A stretch of DNA of 64,000 bases from Prochlorococcus sp. AG-347-K20 (lineage in GTDB: Bacteria; Cyanobacteriota; Cyanobacteriia; PCC-6307; Cyanobiaceae): the NCBI GenBank assembly GCA_003281315.1, contig QCCH01000005.1:18603-82602 (forward strand), read 5' to 3'. Shown piece after piece: positions 18,651 through 29,487 of the stretch (position 1 is the stretch's first letter; each line of letters starts with the position of its first letter). A model generated the notes under the pieces. The model was not told the origin of the DNA and made no database searches. It saw nothing but the letters and a program-made list of their open reading frames with translations. The position numbers were made by a program, and so were the translations under genes.

Positions 18651-19808
18651 ATGTACAGTACAGAATTAGGGATAAATTTTTTTGGAAATGAATCCAATAA
18701 AAAAAGACAACTCAATAAGATAGAAATACTGAGAAAGAATATTAAAAATTTAAAAATATTTCTTATAATTGCTGGCACTAACACATCACAAATTCCAGGA
18801 ATTTCCGCAGCAGGTATTAATCCAAAATCGAGGAAAACAACTGCTCTCGCAGATGCTGAATTTTTACTTGAGGGTGCTTCAAAAGATCATAATTATAAAT
18901 TGCCTCTTCTAAATGCAGGAGTAACTCCGGCCCTAATCAGTCATGTTTGTTCAAAGCTGATAAATACACATCCAGTTATTGTTCCTCTGGGAATAGGAGC
19001 AAAGCCTTATTTTAATCATTTGGTTGTAGAAGATAGAAATTTGGGCCCATCAAATTGTCTTACTACTGGTAAATCGATGACTAAAGAGAGAGTTTTAAAT
19101 CTCTATGAGAAAGGTCTTGCGATAGGAAAATCCTTAAAACAATTAGTTTTAATTTCTGAATCTGTACCGGGGGGCACCACAACTGCTCAGGCAGTAATGG
19201 AAGCTTTTGGTTTGCAGGTATCTAATTTAGTAGGGAGTAGTTTATTTAAAGCTCCAAGAGAACTAAGAAGACAGGTAATTAAAAGGGGACTTTTAAATGC
19301 GAATTTCAAGGCTGATTCTGACTCTTTTGATGTTGTCGCGGCAGTAGGTGATCCTTTCCAAGCTTTTTCAATGGGTCTATTAATTGGTGCTAGGTTAGCA
19401 AAACAACCTGTAATATTGTCTGGAGGAAGTCAGATGTTAGCAGTCATTTTGCTTGTATTAGAATTTTTAGGTGAAAAAAATAAAGATGAATTTATTGAAG
19501 ATGTTTTTATTGCTACAACTGGGTGGCTTGTGAAAGATAATTCTCTAAATGATTTAGTAAATCTAATTAATGAAAAATATGATGTCAAATTATTAGGTTT
19601 AGCCAGTCCTTTAAATTTTAAATCTTCAAAATACAAAGAATTGAAGGATTATGAATTAGGTCATGTAAAAGAAGGTGTAGGTGCTGGTGGAATATCATTG
19701 CTTGCTTTCTTAGATGGATTTAAAAATGAAGAAATAGTTTCATTGTGTCAACAAAATCTGGAAATGATGAAGGGCCTAGGTCAAATTTCTTTAGAGAAGG
19801 ATTGCTGA
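18651..19808 (+). CDS. UPF0284 / TIGR00303-type CobT-like phosphoribosyltransferase homologue
   Basis: GTNTSQIPGISAAG and SESVPGGTTTAQAV blocks resemble the CobT-like family (memory). Confidence 0.65.
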   Translation: MYSTELGINFFGNESNKKRQLNKIEILRKNIKNLKIFLIIAGTNTSQIPGISAAGINPKSRKTTALADAEFLLEGASKDHNYKLPLLNAGVTPALISHVCSKLINTHPVIVPLGIGAKPYFNHLVVEDRNLGPSNCLTTGKSMTKERVLNLYEKGLAIGKSLKQLVLISESVPGGTTTAQAVMEAFGLQVSNLVGSSLFKAPRELRRQVIKRGLLNANFKADSDSFDVVAAVGDPFQAFSMGLLIGARLAKQPVILSGGSQMLAVILLVLEFLGEKNKDEFIEDVFIATTGWLVKDNSLNDLVNLINEKYDVKLLGLASPLNFKSSKYKELKDYELGHVKEGVGAGGISLLAFLDGFKNEEIVSLCQQNLEMMKGLGQISLEKDC

Positions 19809-20807
19809 ATGTTTTCAAAATTTGCAACCAGAAGAGAATTTTTAAATTGTGGTAAGCTTTCGCTTTTATTTTTCTTAAACTCTTGCAGTAATCTACCTAA
19901 TAAAGTAAAAATTGCATTACAAAATTCTTTTTATCCAGAATCTTTTAAAGATACGATTCCAAAAGATTGGAAGCAGGAAAAAATTAATTTTGAAAATATT
20001 CAGCTACAAAAAAATAGAAACACAATTTTGAATTCTGACTTTACTTTAATAAATGATGGATGGATTTCTAGTATAGATTTTTCAGAATTTGAAAAAATAA
20101 ATGAATATGCACTGTTCGAATATTTGGATAAGAGATCGATAGATTTTTTGGGAAGCTTTAATCAAAATCAGAGGAGTAAATTATTTCCTATTGGCGTAGT
20201 ACCCTATACAATCATCATTAAAAATAATAAAGAATTAATAAATTCAGCAAGAACATCTTGGGATTTTCTTCTTTCTGAAAAATTAACTGGGAAAATTATT
20301 TTTCCTCAAAGTCCCAGAATAATATTGTCAATTGCTCAAAAAATTAATTCATCTAATTCTTTAAAAAAACTCAAAAGCCAAGCTATGTTATTTGATGATA
20401 AAAATATGCTCAATTGGTTGATTAATTCTGATGCTATTGTCGCAATAGTTCCTTATAGTATTTGTTCAAAATATTTAAAAATAGATCCAAGGCTTTCTTT
20501 AGTTTTCCCTAGCCAAGGCGTACCTTTGATGTGGCATTTTCTACTTAGTCGATCAAATCTAAATAATGCAATATTAATGAAATGGATTAAATCTTTAGAA
20601 AATAAATCAATAGTAGATAAATTAGTAAGCCAGGGTTGGTATCTTCCATTCAATAGTGATTATTTGCAAAGTAAATATAAAACTGAAATGCTCCCCATCT
20701 CAGGACCTTCTGAGAAATGTTGGGAAAATAGTTGGTCTTTCCCTGTCTTAACAAATGAACAAAAAATTAATCTTAAAAATATCTGGAATGAGTCCTTATC
20801 CCCATAA
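19809..20807 (+). CDS. Putative Tat-exported lipoprotein, unknown function
   Basis: N-terminal TRREFL twin-arginine motif, hydrophobic stretch, LNSC lipobox-like cysteine; ATG directly abuts the stop of the upstream gene. Confidence 0.55.
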   Translation: MFSKFATRREFLNCGKLSLLFFLNSCSNLPNKVKIALQNSFYPESFKDTIPKDWKQEKINFENIQLQKNRNTILNSDFTLINDGWISSIDFSEFEKINEYALFEYLDKRSIDFLGSFNQNQRSKLFPIGVVPYTIIIKNNKELINSARTSWDFLLSEKLTGKIIFPQSPRIILSIAQKINSSNSLKKLKSQAMLFDDKNMLNWLINSDAIVAIVPYSICSKYLKIDPRLSLVFPSQGVPLMWHFLLSRSNLNNAILMKWIKSLENKSIVDKLVSQGWYLPFNSDYLQSKYKTEMLPISGPSEKCWENSWSFPVLTNEQKINLKNIWNESLSP

Positions 20808-21938
20808 TCTTTTTGTAGGATTTTCAATTAATAAGTTATGAGTTTTCTTTAATAAATTTGGTATATCTAATTTACTAGGACATTTAGGAACACATTTATT
20901 ACATTCTTTACAAAATGAGGAATTTTTTTCTTCCCACCAGTGGCCAGCTTTTCCTATTAAATTGTATCTTTCTTTTGCAAATTCTAATTGGCCATAACCA
21001 ACAGATATATTTCTTAAACGAAGTATTTCTGGAATAGGCACTTCATTTGGACATGGAAGACAAGATCTACATTGTTCACATTTGGTTGAGTTTAATCTTT
21101 CATTAGAAACTTCCTCAATTTTATTAAGGGCGCTTTTTTCAAGTTTTGTAAGCTTCTCAAATGAGTTTCTAAGTTTATGCGCAAATTCAAAATCTTTTTT
21201 GTTTGTCGCCCCCAAGGATAAAGTTGTAATGCCTTTTGCGAGAAGAAATCGATACGCTAATTCTAATGGATGAAAAGGCTTAGAGGCCTCTATCAAAATA
21301 TCACTTGGAGAATACAATCTACCGCCTTTATCTGCAGGTGATATTGCTAAAACTCCCATACCTTTTTTTATAGCTTCCTCTGCTAAAGCAATCTTAGATT
21401 GATCTAAATAATGTAAATGAAGACTACAAAAAGTAAAAACTTCACAGTTAATTGCATCTTGAATTAGTGAATAACTTCCGTGAGAACTAAAACCGACTTG
21501 ATCAACTAGTTCCTTCTCAAGTATCCAAGAAATGAATTTCTTACCCTCTCCAGAAAGAACCCAATCTAGATGTTGTTTTAAGTTGAGTCCGTGAATTGCA
21601 AGATTATTAATTTTCTCGCGATTTAAATTTTTAAGAGACTTTTTAAAATTATTTTTTAAAAAGTCAAAATCACCCTTTGGTAAAACTTTGGAAGTAATCA
21701 CCCAATTTTTTTCTTTTATATTCTCTTCTATTGCTAATTTTTTTATTGAATTTCCAATAAGTGATTCAGCATCACCATAAGAGGGTGCTGTTTCTATGTG
21801 GTTAATTCCTACATAATATGCATTTTTTATTATGCTATACATTTTTTCGAGACTTTCAGTTGCTCGCATTGTCCCCAAAGTGAATAAGCTCACTTTCGCC
21901 CCTCTACCAAATGATCTTTTTTGTGAATTAATAATCAT
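20796..21938 (-). CDS. Aldo/keto reductase with C-terminal Fe-S cluster-binding cysteine motifs
   Basis: AKR N-terminal fold (FGRGAKVSLFTLGTMR..ETAPSYGDAE) plus CEQCRSCLPCP and CKECNKCVPKCP. Confidence 0.75.
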   Translation of the reverse strand: MIINSQKRSFGRGAKVSLFTLGTMRATESLEKMYSIIKNAYYVGINHIETAPSYGDAESLIGNSIKKLAIEENIKEKNWVITSKVLPKGDFDFLKNNFKKSLKNLNREKINNLAIHGLNLKQHLDWVLSGEGKKFISWILEKELVDQVGFSSHGSYSLIQDAINCEVFTFCSLHLHYLDQSKIALAEEAIKKGMGVLAISPADKGGRLYSPSDILIEASKPFHPLELAYRFLLAKGITTLSLGATNKKDFEFAHKLRNSFEKLTKLEKSALNKIEEVSNERLNSTKCEQCRSCLPCPNEVPIPEILRLRNISVGYGQLEFAKERYNLIGKAGHWWEEKNSSFCKECNKCVPKCPSKLDIPNLLKKTHNLLIENPTKRLWG

Positions 21939-22048
21939 CTAAATATGATCAATTTCTTTTTATTTACTCTTTAATTTATTTATAGTTGAAAATGATTTAA
22001 AGTAAATTAAAGTAAATACAAAATTTTGCAAAAATATTTTTTTAAACT

Positions 22049-22699
22049 ATGTTTACAGGAATAATTCAATCAGTTGGAAAACTAAGACAAGAAAAAAATA
22101 TTTTAGAAATTGAAATTCTAGATAATTTATTTGATATGGCAATTGGTGACAGCATAGCTGTTGATGGAATTTGTTTGACAGTTAAAGAGATTTTTCAAAA
22201 TAAATTTACTGTTGATGTTAGTGAGGAGACATTAAAAAAAACAACTTTAGGAGTAAAGTCGAACCTGAAGATTGTTAATTTGGAGCCCGCTCTCAGGGTG
22301 TCTGACCGTCTAGGAGGGCATATAGTCAGCGGACATGTTGATGGCCTTGGAATAGTTGAGAATATAGAAAAATTAGAGAAATCTTGGCTCTTATCAATAA
22401 AGTGGAAAAATAATAATTTTTCAAAATATGTAGTTAATAAAGGTAGTATTTGTGTAAATGGTATAAGTCTCACGATTGCAAAATATGAGCAGGAAGGAGC
22501 AATATTTACTATTGCGATAATTCCTCACACTTGGCATAAAACAAATCTGAATAAATTAAATATCGGTGACAGCGTAAACCTTGAGGCAGATGCACTAATT
22601 AAATATGTAGAGAAATTACTTTTATTTAATAAAAATAGTAATCAAGATTTATCTTCAAATAATATTTCTTCCGAGTGGCTTAAAGAAAACGGTTGGTAA
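22049..22699 (+). CDS. ribE: Riboflavin synthase alpha chain
   Basis: MFTGIIQ start; duplicated lumazine-binding repeats GDSIAVDGICLTV / GSICVNGISLTI. Confidence 0.9.
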   Translation: MFTGIIQSVGKLRQEKNILEIEILDNLFDMAIGDSIAVDGICLTVKEIFQNKFTVDVSEETLKKTTLGVKSNLKIVNLEPALRVSDRLGGHIVSGHVDGLGIVENIEKLEKSWLLSIKWKNNNFSKYVVNKGSICVNGISLTIAKYEQEGAIFTIAIIPHTWHKTNLNKLNIGDSVNLEADALIKYVEKLLLFNKNSNQDLSSNNISSEWLKENGW

Positions 22700-22709
22700 A
22701 ATATATTTT

Positions 22710-23063
22710 TTAATTTAATGGAATCAGATAAATTGTTTTTGATTCTTTTTTAAGATCGATTTTAAATTCCTGACCAGGTTCTAGACCTAATTTTTTGGTG
22801 TAGGCATGACCAATTAATAGATTCCCATTGCCATGAACTTTAGTTTTGAATTCTGTCTGTCTGCCTCTTGAAGCCCTATTACCATTTTTACCCTGACGAA
22901 CATTTCCTATTTTGTAACCCTTAGCTTCAATAAGCGCCCTATAAAAACTTTTCCTTAAGATTCTTCCACTAGGACCTACGTACCCACAACCTCTGGCTAT
23001 CTCATCTTCAGATTTTTTACTTAATAATTTTGCTTTTTCAAGAAGTTCTTTTCCTTCTAGCAT
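22710..23063 (-). CDS. Cyanobacterial AbrB-like (cyAbrB) transcriptional regulator
   Basis: 117 aa; N-terminal GCGYV block and C-terminal AbrB/SpoVT-like beta segment (IGHAYTKKLGLEPGQEFKIDL). Confidence 0.7.
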   Translation of the reverse strand: MLEGKELLEKAKLLSKKSEDEIARGCGYVGPSGRILRKSFYRALIEAKGYKIGNVRQGKNGNRASRGRQTEFKTKVHGNGNLLIGHAYTKKLGLEPGQEFKIDLKKESKTIYLIPLN

Positions 23064-23160
23064 TATCTGACAAATTTCTAATTATATATTCTTACTAAAA
23101 AGGAGAACTGTGGCAATATAAATTAATAAAAAATATATTTAATTTTTAAAATATATTTTT

Positions 23161-23763
23161 TTATAAAAGATACAAAATAATAAATAAAATAACCCATATT
23201 CCATCTACAAAATGCCAGTACAATTCAACAGCTTCCAAAGGGAACATATTTTTACTAGTTAATCTTCCGCCCTTGATTCGCGATTGCCAAGCAATAATTA
23301 AAATCATTAAAGTTCCTAAAGTGACATGTAATCCATGAAAACCAGTAAGAGCATAAAAAGTACTTGCAAATAAATTATCGGTTAATCCAAAAGGTAAATG
23401 AAAATATTCAAATAATTGACATATTAAAAATATAATTCCAAGAAAAGCAGTAAAAAATAACCATTTTTGGGATTCAGAGTTTTTATCTTTTAAAAGTGCT
23501 TTGCCTGCTTTATGGAAAGTTGCACTACTAACAAGTAACAAAATTGTATTGAGTGTAGGTATTGGGAGTTCTAATTCATAAATAGCACCATCAGGTAATG
23601 GATTTACTGCTTTGTATGTTAAATAAGCAGCAAAGAATCCAGCAAAAGTCATTCCGTCCGCAATTAGGAAAGTTATAAGACCAAACATTCTGAAGTCTTC
23701 ATGTGTTTCGTTGACTTCAGAATTATTTTTTTGAATTTCTTTTGAGCTATCAAGAGTTGTCAT
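23161..23763 (-). CDS. ctaE: Cytochrome c oxidase subunit III
   Basis: Typical subunit III sequence (TGFHGLHVTLG, YWHFVD). Confidence 0.9.
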   Translation of the reverse strand: MTTLDSSKEIQKNNSEVNETHEDFRMFGLITFLIADGMTFAGFFAAYLTYKAVNPLPDGAIYELELPIPTLNTILLLVSSATFHKAGKALLKDKNSESQKWLFFTAFLGIIFLICQLFEYFHLPFGLTDNLFASTFYALTGFHGLHVTLGTLMILIIAWQSRIKGGRLTSKNMFPLEAVELYWHFVDGIWVILFIILYLL

Positions 23764-23769
23764 ATGTTT

Positions 23770-25395
23770 TTATTTTCGTTCAGAAATTTTTTTACCATAA
23801 CCATAGGGTTCTTCAACTAATGGAGCTTCTCCTTCCCAATTTTCAACTGGAGGTGGAGAAGATGTTAACCACTCAGGTGTAAGAGCATTCCAAGGGTTAT
23901 CTCCAGAATCTTTTCCATTTCTCACACTAAGGAGTACATTAATTAAAAAAGGAATTGTGCTTATAGCCATCAAAAGAGCCCCAAGGCTACTAATTTGATT
24001 AACGAACTGGAATTGAGGATCATATTCTGCAACTCTTCTTGGCATTCCATTTAAACCAAGCCAATGTTGAGGCGCAAAGCACAAGTTAAATCCTATAAAG
24101 GTAATGATAAAATGTAAAATTCCTAATTTTTCATTGAGCATTTTTCCAGTTACTTTGGGGAACCAATGATAAATTGAAGAGAAAATAATAAAAACAGTCC
24201 CTCCATAAACTATGTAATGAAAATGGGCGACAACGAAATAGGTATCATGTACGTGAATATCGAAAGGTACCTGTGCCAAAGCAACTCCAGTAATACCTCC
24301 AAAAACGAAATTTATAATAAATCCACAAGAGAATAACATTGCACTATTTATGGAAATTTTACCTCCCCATAATGTTGCAACCCAATTAAAAAATTTTATA
24401 CCTGTTGGAACAGCAATAAATGCTGTAGCAATTGTAAAGAACAATCTCATCCAAGGGGGCGTTCCACTTGTAAACATGTGATGCGCCCAAACAACTAAAC
24501 CTAAAACTACTATACCCATTATTGAAAAAACCATTGTTGTATATCCGAAAAGTGGTTTTCTAGCATGTACAGGAAGTATTTCACTAACTAAACCAAAGGC
24601 TGGAAGGACCATAATGTATACAGCGGGATGAGAATAAAACCAAAATAAATGCTGATAAACTACGACATTGCCTCCTAAAACAGGATTGAAAAACCCTGTA
24701 TTAGCAATGATATCGAAGCTAAGAAGAATTAAAGTGCCTGCTAAAACAGGAGTTGACAAAACAACTAATAGACTTGTTCCAAGCATTGCCCAACAATACA
24801 TTGGCAATTGCATTAGTTTTAATCCTGGCCTTCTTAATTTGATAATGGTGGCTATAAAGTTTATTCCACCAAATATAGAACTGCCTCCAAGTAATAGAAC
24901 GCTCAGAATCCAAATAATTTGTCCAGATTGAGGAGTAGTTATGCTTAAAGGTGGATAAGCCGTCCATCCAGCCTGAGCAGCACCCTCAACAAAATAGCTT
25001 GCTACCAACATCAAACCTGAAGGAGGAATTAACCAAAAAGCAACGGCATTTAATCTTGGGAATGCCATATCTCTCGCGCCTACATAAAATGGAATTAAAT
25101 AATTTCCAAAAGCACCATTAACTACAGGCACTATCCAAAGGAATATCATTATTGTTCCGTGTAAAGTTAAAACTTGGTTATAAACATCTCTTGGCATGAA
25201 ATCAGACATTGGACTGGCTAGTTCAATTCTTATAGCGCTCGCTAAGGTTCCTCCTATTAAATAGAAAAGAAAACCACAAACCAAGTATTGTATCCCAATT
25301 ACTTTATGATCAAGGCTAAAACTAAAGTATCTAAGCCAGCCTTTAGGTTGAAGGCTTTCATTATTAGTTTTTTGTGGATCAATTGATATTGTCAT
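23770..25395 (-). CDS. ctaD: Cytochrome c oxidase subunit I
   Basis: Heme-copper oxidase motifs (WFYSHPAVY, WAHHMF, HDTYFVVAHFHY). Confidence 0.95.
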   Translation of the reverse strand: MTISIDPQKTNNESLQPKGWLRYFSFSLDHKVIGIQYLVCGFLFYLIGGTLASAIRIELASPMSDFMPRDVYNQVLTLHGTIMIFLWIVPVVNGAFGNYLIPFYVGARDMAFPRLNAVAFWLIPPSGLMLVASYFVEGAAQAGWTAYPPLSITTPQSGQIIWILSVLLLGGSSIFGGINFIATIIKLRRPGLKLMQLPMYCWAMLGTSLLVVLSTPVLAGTLILLSFDIIANTGFFNPVLGGNVVVYQHLFWFYSHPAVYIMVLPAFGLVSEILPVHARKPLFGYTTMVFSIMGIVVLGLVVWAHHMFTSGTPPWMRLFFTIATAFIAVPTGIKFFNWVATLWGGKISINSAMLFSCGFIINFVFGGITGVALAQVPFDIHVHDTYFVVAHFHYIVYGGTVFIIFSSIYHWFPKVTGKMLNEKLGILHFIITFIGFNLCFAPQHWLGLNGMPRRVAEYDPQFQFVNQISSLGALLMAISTIPFLINVLLSVRNGKDSGDNPWNALTPEWLTSSPPPVENWEGEAPLVEEPYGYGKKISERK

Positions 25396-26195
25396 AAATT
25401 TACCTCAGGTTTTTTATTTTTGTTAAACCATTCGTTGTAATCAGATTCTTCTTCAACAATTATGGAGGCTCTCATCCCTCCATGATATGGGCCACATAAT
25501 TCTGCGCAAATTATCGGATATTTTCCTACTTTTGTAGGAGTGAAATTTAGAATAGTAGGTTGCCCCGGAATAATATCCTGTTTAATTCTGAACTCTGGCA
25601 CCCAAAAAGCATGAATGACATCTTTGGATTCCATCTTCATTGATACTTTTTGATCAACAGGTACGTGCAGTTCTCCTGATATGAAATTGCCTTTGGGATA
25701 ATTGAATAGAAATGCAAATTGCATAGCTGAAACTTCAATTGATAAATTATTTATTGCTATTTCATTATCAGAAGTTTGACTTATTCCAGCCCATATTTTT
25801 TCAGAATTAGAACTCATCATTTCGTGGTTATGATTTAGTTCTTTCATCCCTCCCATTCGATCGTAGATGTTGTAGCTATATAAACCTATTAACAAAACAA
25901 TTATTGAAGGAATAATTGTCCATACAATTTCTAAGCTTAAATTTCCCTCTAAAGCTATACCATCTCCTATCTGATCATTCCTTTTCCTAAACTTAAACAA
26001 GCTATAAATAACAGCTATTGTCATTCCTATAAAAATAATTAATCCAATGATGAAAAGAATTTTAAAAAGTTCATCGTAAATTGGTGCATTAATACTTGCT
26101 TCCGCTGGGAGCAAATTTACATTAAAACCAATCCAAAAAGATATAGCAAAGACGAGGGTAATAATTAGTATTAAATAAAAGTTTTTATTTAACAA
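25392..26195 (-). CDS. ctaC: Cytochrome c oxidase subunit II
   Basis: CuA site HAFWVPEF..CAELCGPYHGGM; 4-nt overlap with ctaD. Confidence 0.9.
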   Translation of the reverse strand: MLNKNFYLILIITLVFAISFWIGFNVNLLPAEASINAPIYDELFKILFIIGLIIFIGMTIAVIYSLFKFRKRNDQIGDGIALEGNLSLEIVWTIIPSIIVLLIGLYSYNIYDRMGGMKELNHNHEMMSSNSEKIWAGISQTSDNEIAINNLSIEVSAMQFAFLFNYPKGNFISGELHVPVDQKVSMKMESKDVIHAFWVPEFRIKQDIIPGQPTILNFTPTKVGKYPIICAELCGPYHGGMRASIIVEEESDYNEWFNKNKKPEVNL

Positions 26196-26410
26196 TTGAT
26201 CTCTAAAAATTTGTATTTATATCCTCAAGATATTCAATTTTTTTAATCCTGCATCCTTTGTTAAAAGAAAAACATTTAAATTCACAACTTCTTAAGATTT
26301 ATGAAATAAAAGGCGTATTATTAATAACTTTTTAGAGTTAATTGTCAGGGAAAAAAGATTAAATTAGTAAATTATTTTTTAAATTAAACATATTAATTTT
26401 TAATTAATGT

Positions 26411-27385
26411 TTGGTTTTTAAATCTAATTTATTATGCAAAATAATAGGTTTTATCCATTTGATTAATAACCAATTATATAAATCAAAATATCTGACAATT
26501 TTTAAAAGGTTGGGAAGTCATAGTGTACTCGCACTCATTGCACTAATCGTAATTGGAGGTGCTACTAGAGTCATGGAGGCTGGACTTGCCTGTCCAGATT
26601 GGCCATTATGTTATGGATCTTTTTTGCCTTTTAATCATATGAACCTAAGAGTATTTCTAGAGTGGTTTCATCGTCTAGATGCTTTTCTGGTTGGAATATT
26701 AATTCTTTTTAAATTTGCTCTTTCAATTATTTGGAAAAATGAAATTCCAAATTGGTTACCTAAAACTTATTCACTATTACTTTTTCTCGTTATTGTCCAA
26801 GGATCTTTTGGAGCTTTAACAGTAATAAACTTGCTTGATTCATATACTGTTACTGGCCATCTTTTAATAGCTTTTCTACTGCTCATCACAACAATTTCAA
26901 TAAATCAAAATTTAGAAAATGACGATATAGAAGAGCCATTAATTTGGTGGAGATTTTTATTGTTTTTTCCTCTTTTACTCACTCTTATTCAATCTTTTAT
27001 TGGCGTAAGGCTTTCATCAACCTGGTCAGCACATATTTGTTTATCTTTTAACAAACAATGTCTAATTCTAAATACTCATAAATTATTTGCTTTTCCAATT
27101 GCTTTTTCTATTCTATTGATTATTGCTACTGCAATTTATAAGAGAAGTTTGCTAAATGAAAATTGGAAATATCTCTCAGCACTTATTTTTCTATTGTTTT
27201 CTCAAATTGCTTTGGGTGTTTTAAGTCTTAAAACAAATTTGAATGAACCTATTTTTATTATCGGTCATCAACTTAACGCCTCTTTATTTATTGCGATATT
27301 AACAACATTAATTTTTAGAAATCCTTTTACCAAAAAAGGTCTAAACCACTCCCTAAATTCACAAATGGTTGGTATCAATTCATGA
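26411..27385 (+). CDS. ctaA: Heme A synthase (COX15/CtaA)
   Basis: [21 protein letters not shown] motif; no in-frame ATG before residue 55, so a TTG start (26411 or a later TTG) is uncertain. Confidence 0.8.
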   Translation: MVFKSNLLCKIIGFIHLINNQLYKSKYLTIFKRLGSHSVLALIALIVIGGATRVMEAGLACPDWPLCYGSFLPFNHMNLRVFLEWFHRLDAFLVGILILFKFALSIIWKNEIPNWLPKTYSLLLFLVIVQGSFGALTVINLLDSYTVTGHLLIAFLLLITTISINQNLENDDIEEPLIWWRFLLFFPLLLTLIQSFIGVRLSSTWSAHICLSFNKQCLILNTHKLFAFPIAFSILLIIATAIYKRSLLNENWKYLSALIFLLFSQIALGVLSLKTNLNEPIFIIGHQLNASLFIAILTTLIFRNPFTKKGLNHSLNSQMVGINS

Positions 27386-28383
27386 ACAGTAGTAACTTAG
27401 AAAACTTGAACTATAAATCTTCAATTAGGGATGAAGTTGTACCTTCAAGAAAAAAAATAACTTTGCCGCCTTGGCTTGAAGTAGCAAAACCCAGATTAAT
27501 CCCACTTTTACTGGCAACAACTTTGGGAGGAATGGCTTTAACTGAAGAATGGCCTTTGTCTTCACCGAAACTTATCTGTACTTTAGGAGGCGGAGCTTTG
27601 GCAGCAGCAGCAGCAGGAGCTCTTAATTGCTTGTGGGAAATGGAATTAGATAAAAGGATGACAAGAACTAGCAAAAGAGCTTTGCCAGCTGGAAAGTTGT
27701 CATCTGAGACTGTATTTTTTGCTGCCGTATCATGTACTTTGGCAGCTTCGATGCTATTAGTAAGTGGTGTAAATTATTTGGCTGCGGGCTTAACTCTCCT
27801 TGGTTTATTTAGCTACGTAATTTTATATACAGTTATTTTGAAACCTCGTACAACAAAAAATATTGTCTTCGGAGGAGTTGCTGGTGCGATACCACCTTTA
27901 GTTGGAGCATCTGCTGCTACAGGGCATGTAGGTCTTAGTGGTTGGTGGTTGTTTGGTTTAGTAATGTTATGGACCCCAGCTCATTTTTGGGCACTTGCAA
28001 TTTTGTTGAAGGATGATTACGCATCTGTTGGTATTCCAATGCTCCCTTCTGTTAAAGGATCTGTTTTTACTGCTAAAGCGATTTCTCGTTATGGATGGGC
28101 AACAATTTTAATGAGTATTATGGGAGTTTTTGCCTTACCTGAAGGGGGTCTTTTATACGGAATTATGTTATTGCCATTTAATGGAAGACTTTTGCAATTA
28201 ATAAACGAATTAAAGAAATCTCCTGATGATCTTTCAAGAGCAAAGTCTCTCTTTAGATGGTCTATTCTCTATATGTTTGGTATTTGTCTTTTGTTATTAA
28301 TTTCCAGAACCCAACTATCTGTAGAATTTGAGCAGCAATCTATGCAAATATTTTTATCTATACTATCCCTGCTTAGTAATTAA
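27382..28383 (+). CDS. ctaB: Protoheme IX farnesyltransferase (heme O synthase)
   Basis: UbiA-family motifs ([21 protein letters not shown]); ATGA overlap with ctaA. Confidence 0.9.
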   Translation: MNSSNLENLNYKSSIRDEVVPSRKKITLPPWLEVAKPRLIPLLLATTLGGMALTEEWPLSSPKLICTLGGGALAAAAAGALNCLWEMELDKRMTRTSKRALPAGKLSSETVFFAAVSCTLAASMLLVSGVNYLAAGLTLLGLFSYVILYTVILKPRTTKNIVFGGVAGAIPPLVGASAATGHVGLSGWWLFGLVMLWTPAHFWALAILLKDDYASVGIPMLPSVKGSVFTAKAISRYGWATILMSIMGVFALPEGGLLYGIMLLPFNGRLLQLINELKKSPDDLSRAKSLFRWSILYMFGICLLLLISRTQLSVEFEQQSMQIFLSILSLLSN

Positions 28384-28422
28384 ATTAGATGTAAAATGTT
28401 TTTTAAGTAAATTGTAAGTTTG

Positions 28423-29439
28423 ATGGATTATATAAAAGTAAAAGGGCTTTCAAAATCTTATTCAGATATCAAGGCATTAAAAAATTTATCGATAGAAATT
28501 GAAGCTGGCACATTATTCGGAATACTAGGCCCGAATGGTGCTGGCAAATCAACACTAATAAAAATACTTGCTACTTTAATAGAGCCTGATAGTGGAGAAG
28601 TTTTGATAAATAATATTAATCTGATAAAAAATTCAAGGAAAATTAGAGAATTAATTGGTTATGTTGCCCAAGACATTGCACTTGATAAAATATTAACTGG
28701 ACGAGAGCTTTTGGATTTTCAATCAGATTTATATCACATCAACAAAAATAAAAAATTTGAAAGGATAAATAAATTAATAGATCAATTAGAAATGAATGAT
28801 TGGATTGATCGTAAGTGCGGAACTTATTCAGGGGGAATGAAAAGAAGAATAGATCTGGCAGCTGGACTTTTACATTTGCCCCAAGTTTTAATTTTGGATG
28901 AACCTACAGTTGGTTTAGATATTGAAAGTAGAAATATTATATGGCAACTTTTGAAAGATTTGAGAAATAATGGAATGACCATTATTTTAAGTAGTCACTA
29001 TCTTGATGAAATAGATAAATTGGCAGATAGATTAGTGATAATTGATGATGGAAGAGTTATAGCAAAAGGGACTCCTGCAGAGCTCAAAAATAAATTAGGA
29101 GGAGATAGAGTAACTTTGAAAGTAAGAGAATTTAGTAATCAGGAAGAAGCAAATAATATATCTAAAATTTTATCTTCAATAGATGGAATTAGTCAGATTA
29201 TCATAAATGAAGCTCAAGGTTTCTCGATAAATTTCGTGGCAGATAAGCAAAAAGATTTACTTACGAAGCTAAAAGTGGAATTAGCTTTCTCAAAGTTTGA
29301 AATTTTTTCTCTTACCCAAAGTCAGCCAAGCTTGGATGATGTATATCTTCAGGCAACTGGAAAAACATTATTGGATGCTGAAATTTCTATGGCAGGGAAA
29401 AGAGACCTAAAAAAAGAATCAAAGCAATCAATGCGATAA
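28423..29439 (+). CDS. ABC-2-type exporter ATP-binding protein
   Basis: Walker A GPNGAGKST, signature YSGGMKRRIDLA, Walker B LILDEPTVGLD; ATG 28423 follows the TTG 28420 used by the ORF track. Confidence 0.85.
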   Translation: MDYIKVKGLSKSYSDIKALKNLSIEIEAGTLFGILGPNGAGKSTLIKILATLIEPDSGEVLINNINLIKNSRKIRELIGYVAQDIALDKILTGRELLDFQSDLYHINKNKKFERINKLIDQLEMNDWIDRKCGTYSGGMKRRIDLAAGLLHLPQVLILDEPTVGLDIESRNIIWQLLKDLRNNGMTIILSSHYLDEIDKLADRLVIIDDGRVIAKGTPAELKNKLGGDRVTLKVREFSNQEEANNISKILSSIDGISQIIINEAQGFSINFVADKQKDLLTKLKVELAFSKFEIFSLTQSQPSLDDVYLQATGKTLLDAEISMAGKRDLKKESKQSMR

Positions 29440-29487
29440 AAAAACTTTTGGTTAACTAACTATAATGAAGACTAATTACTGCTAATT

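Noticed and set aside
24668-24967. 87-aa (+) and 82-aa (-) ORFs inside ctaD, plus similar internal ORFs such as 13550-13801 in ndhB and 48537-48785 in the antiporter gene
   Set aside because: These are alternative-frame or antisense ORFs wholly embedded in well-supported genes. Their composition reflects the host gene codons.
26314-26327. NtcA-like site GTATTATTAATAAC in the ctaC/ctaA divergent region
   Set aside because: The right half-site is AAC, not TAC. Near matches like this are expected by chance in DNA of about 30% GC.
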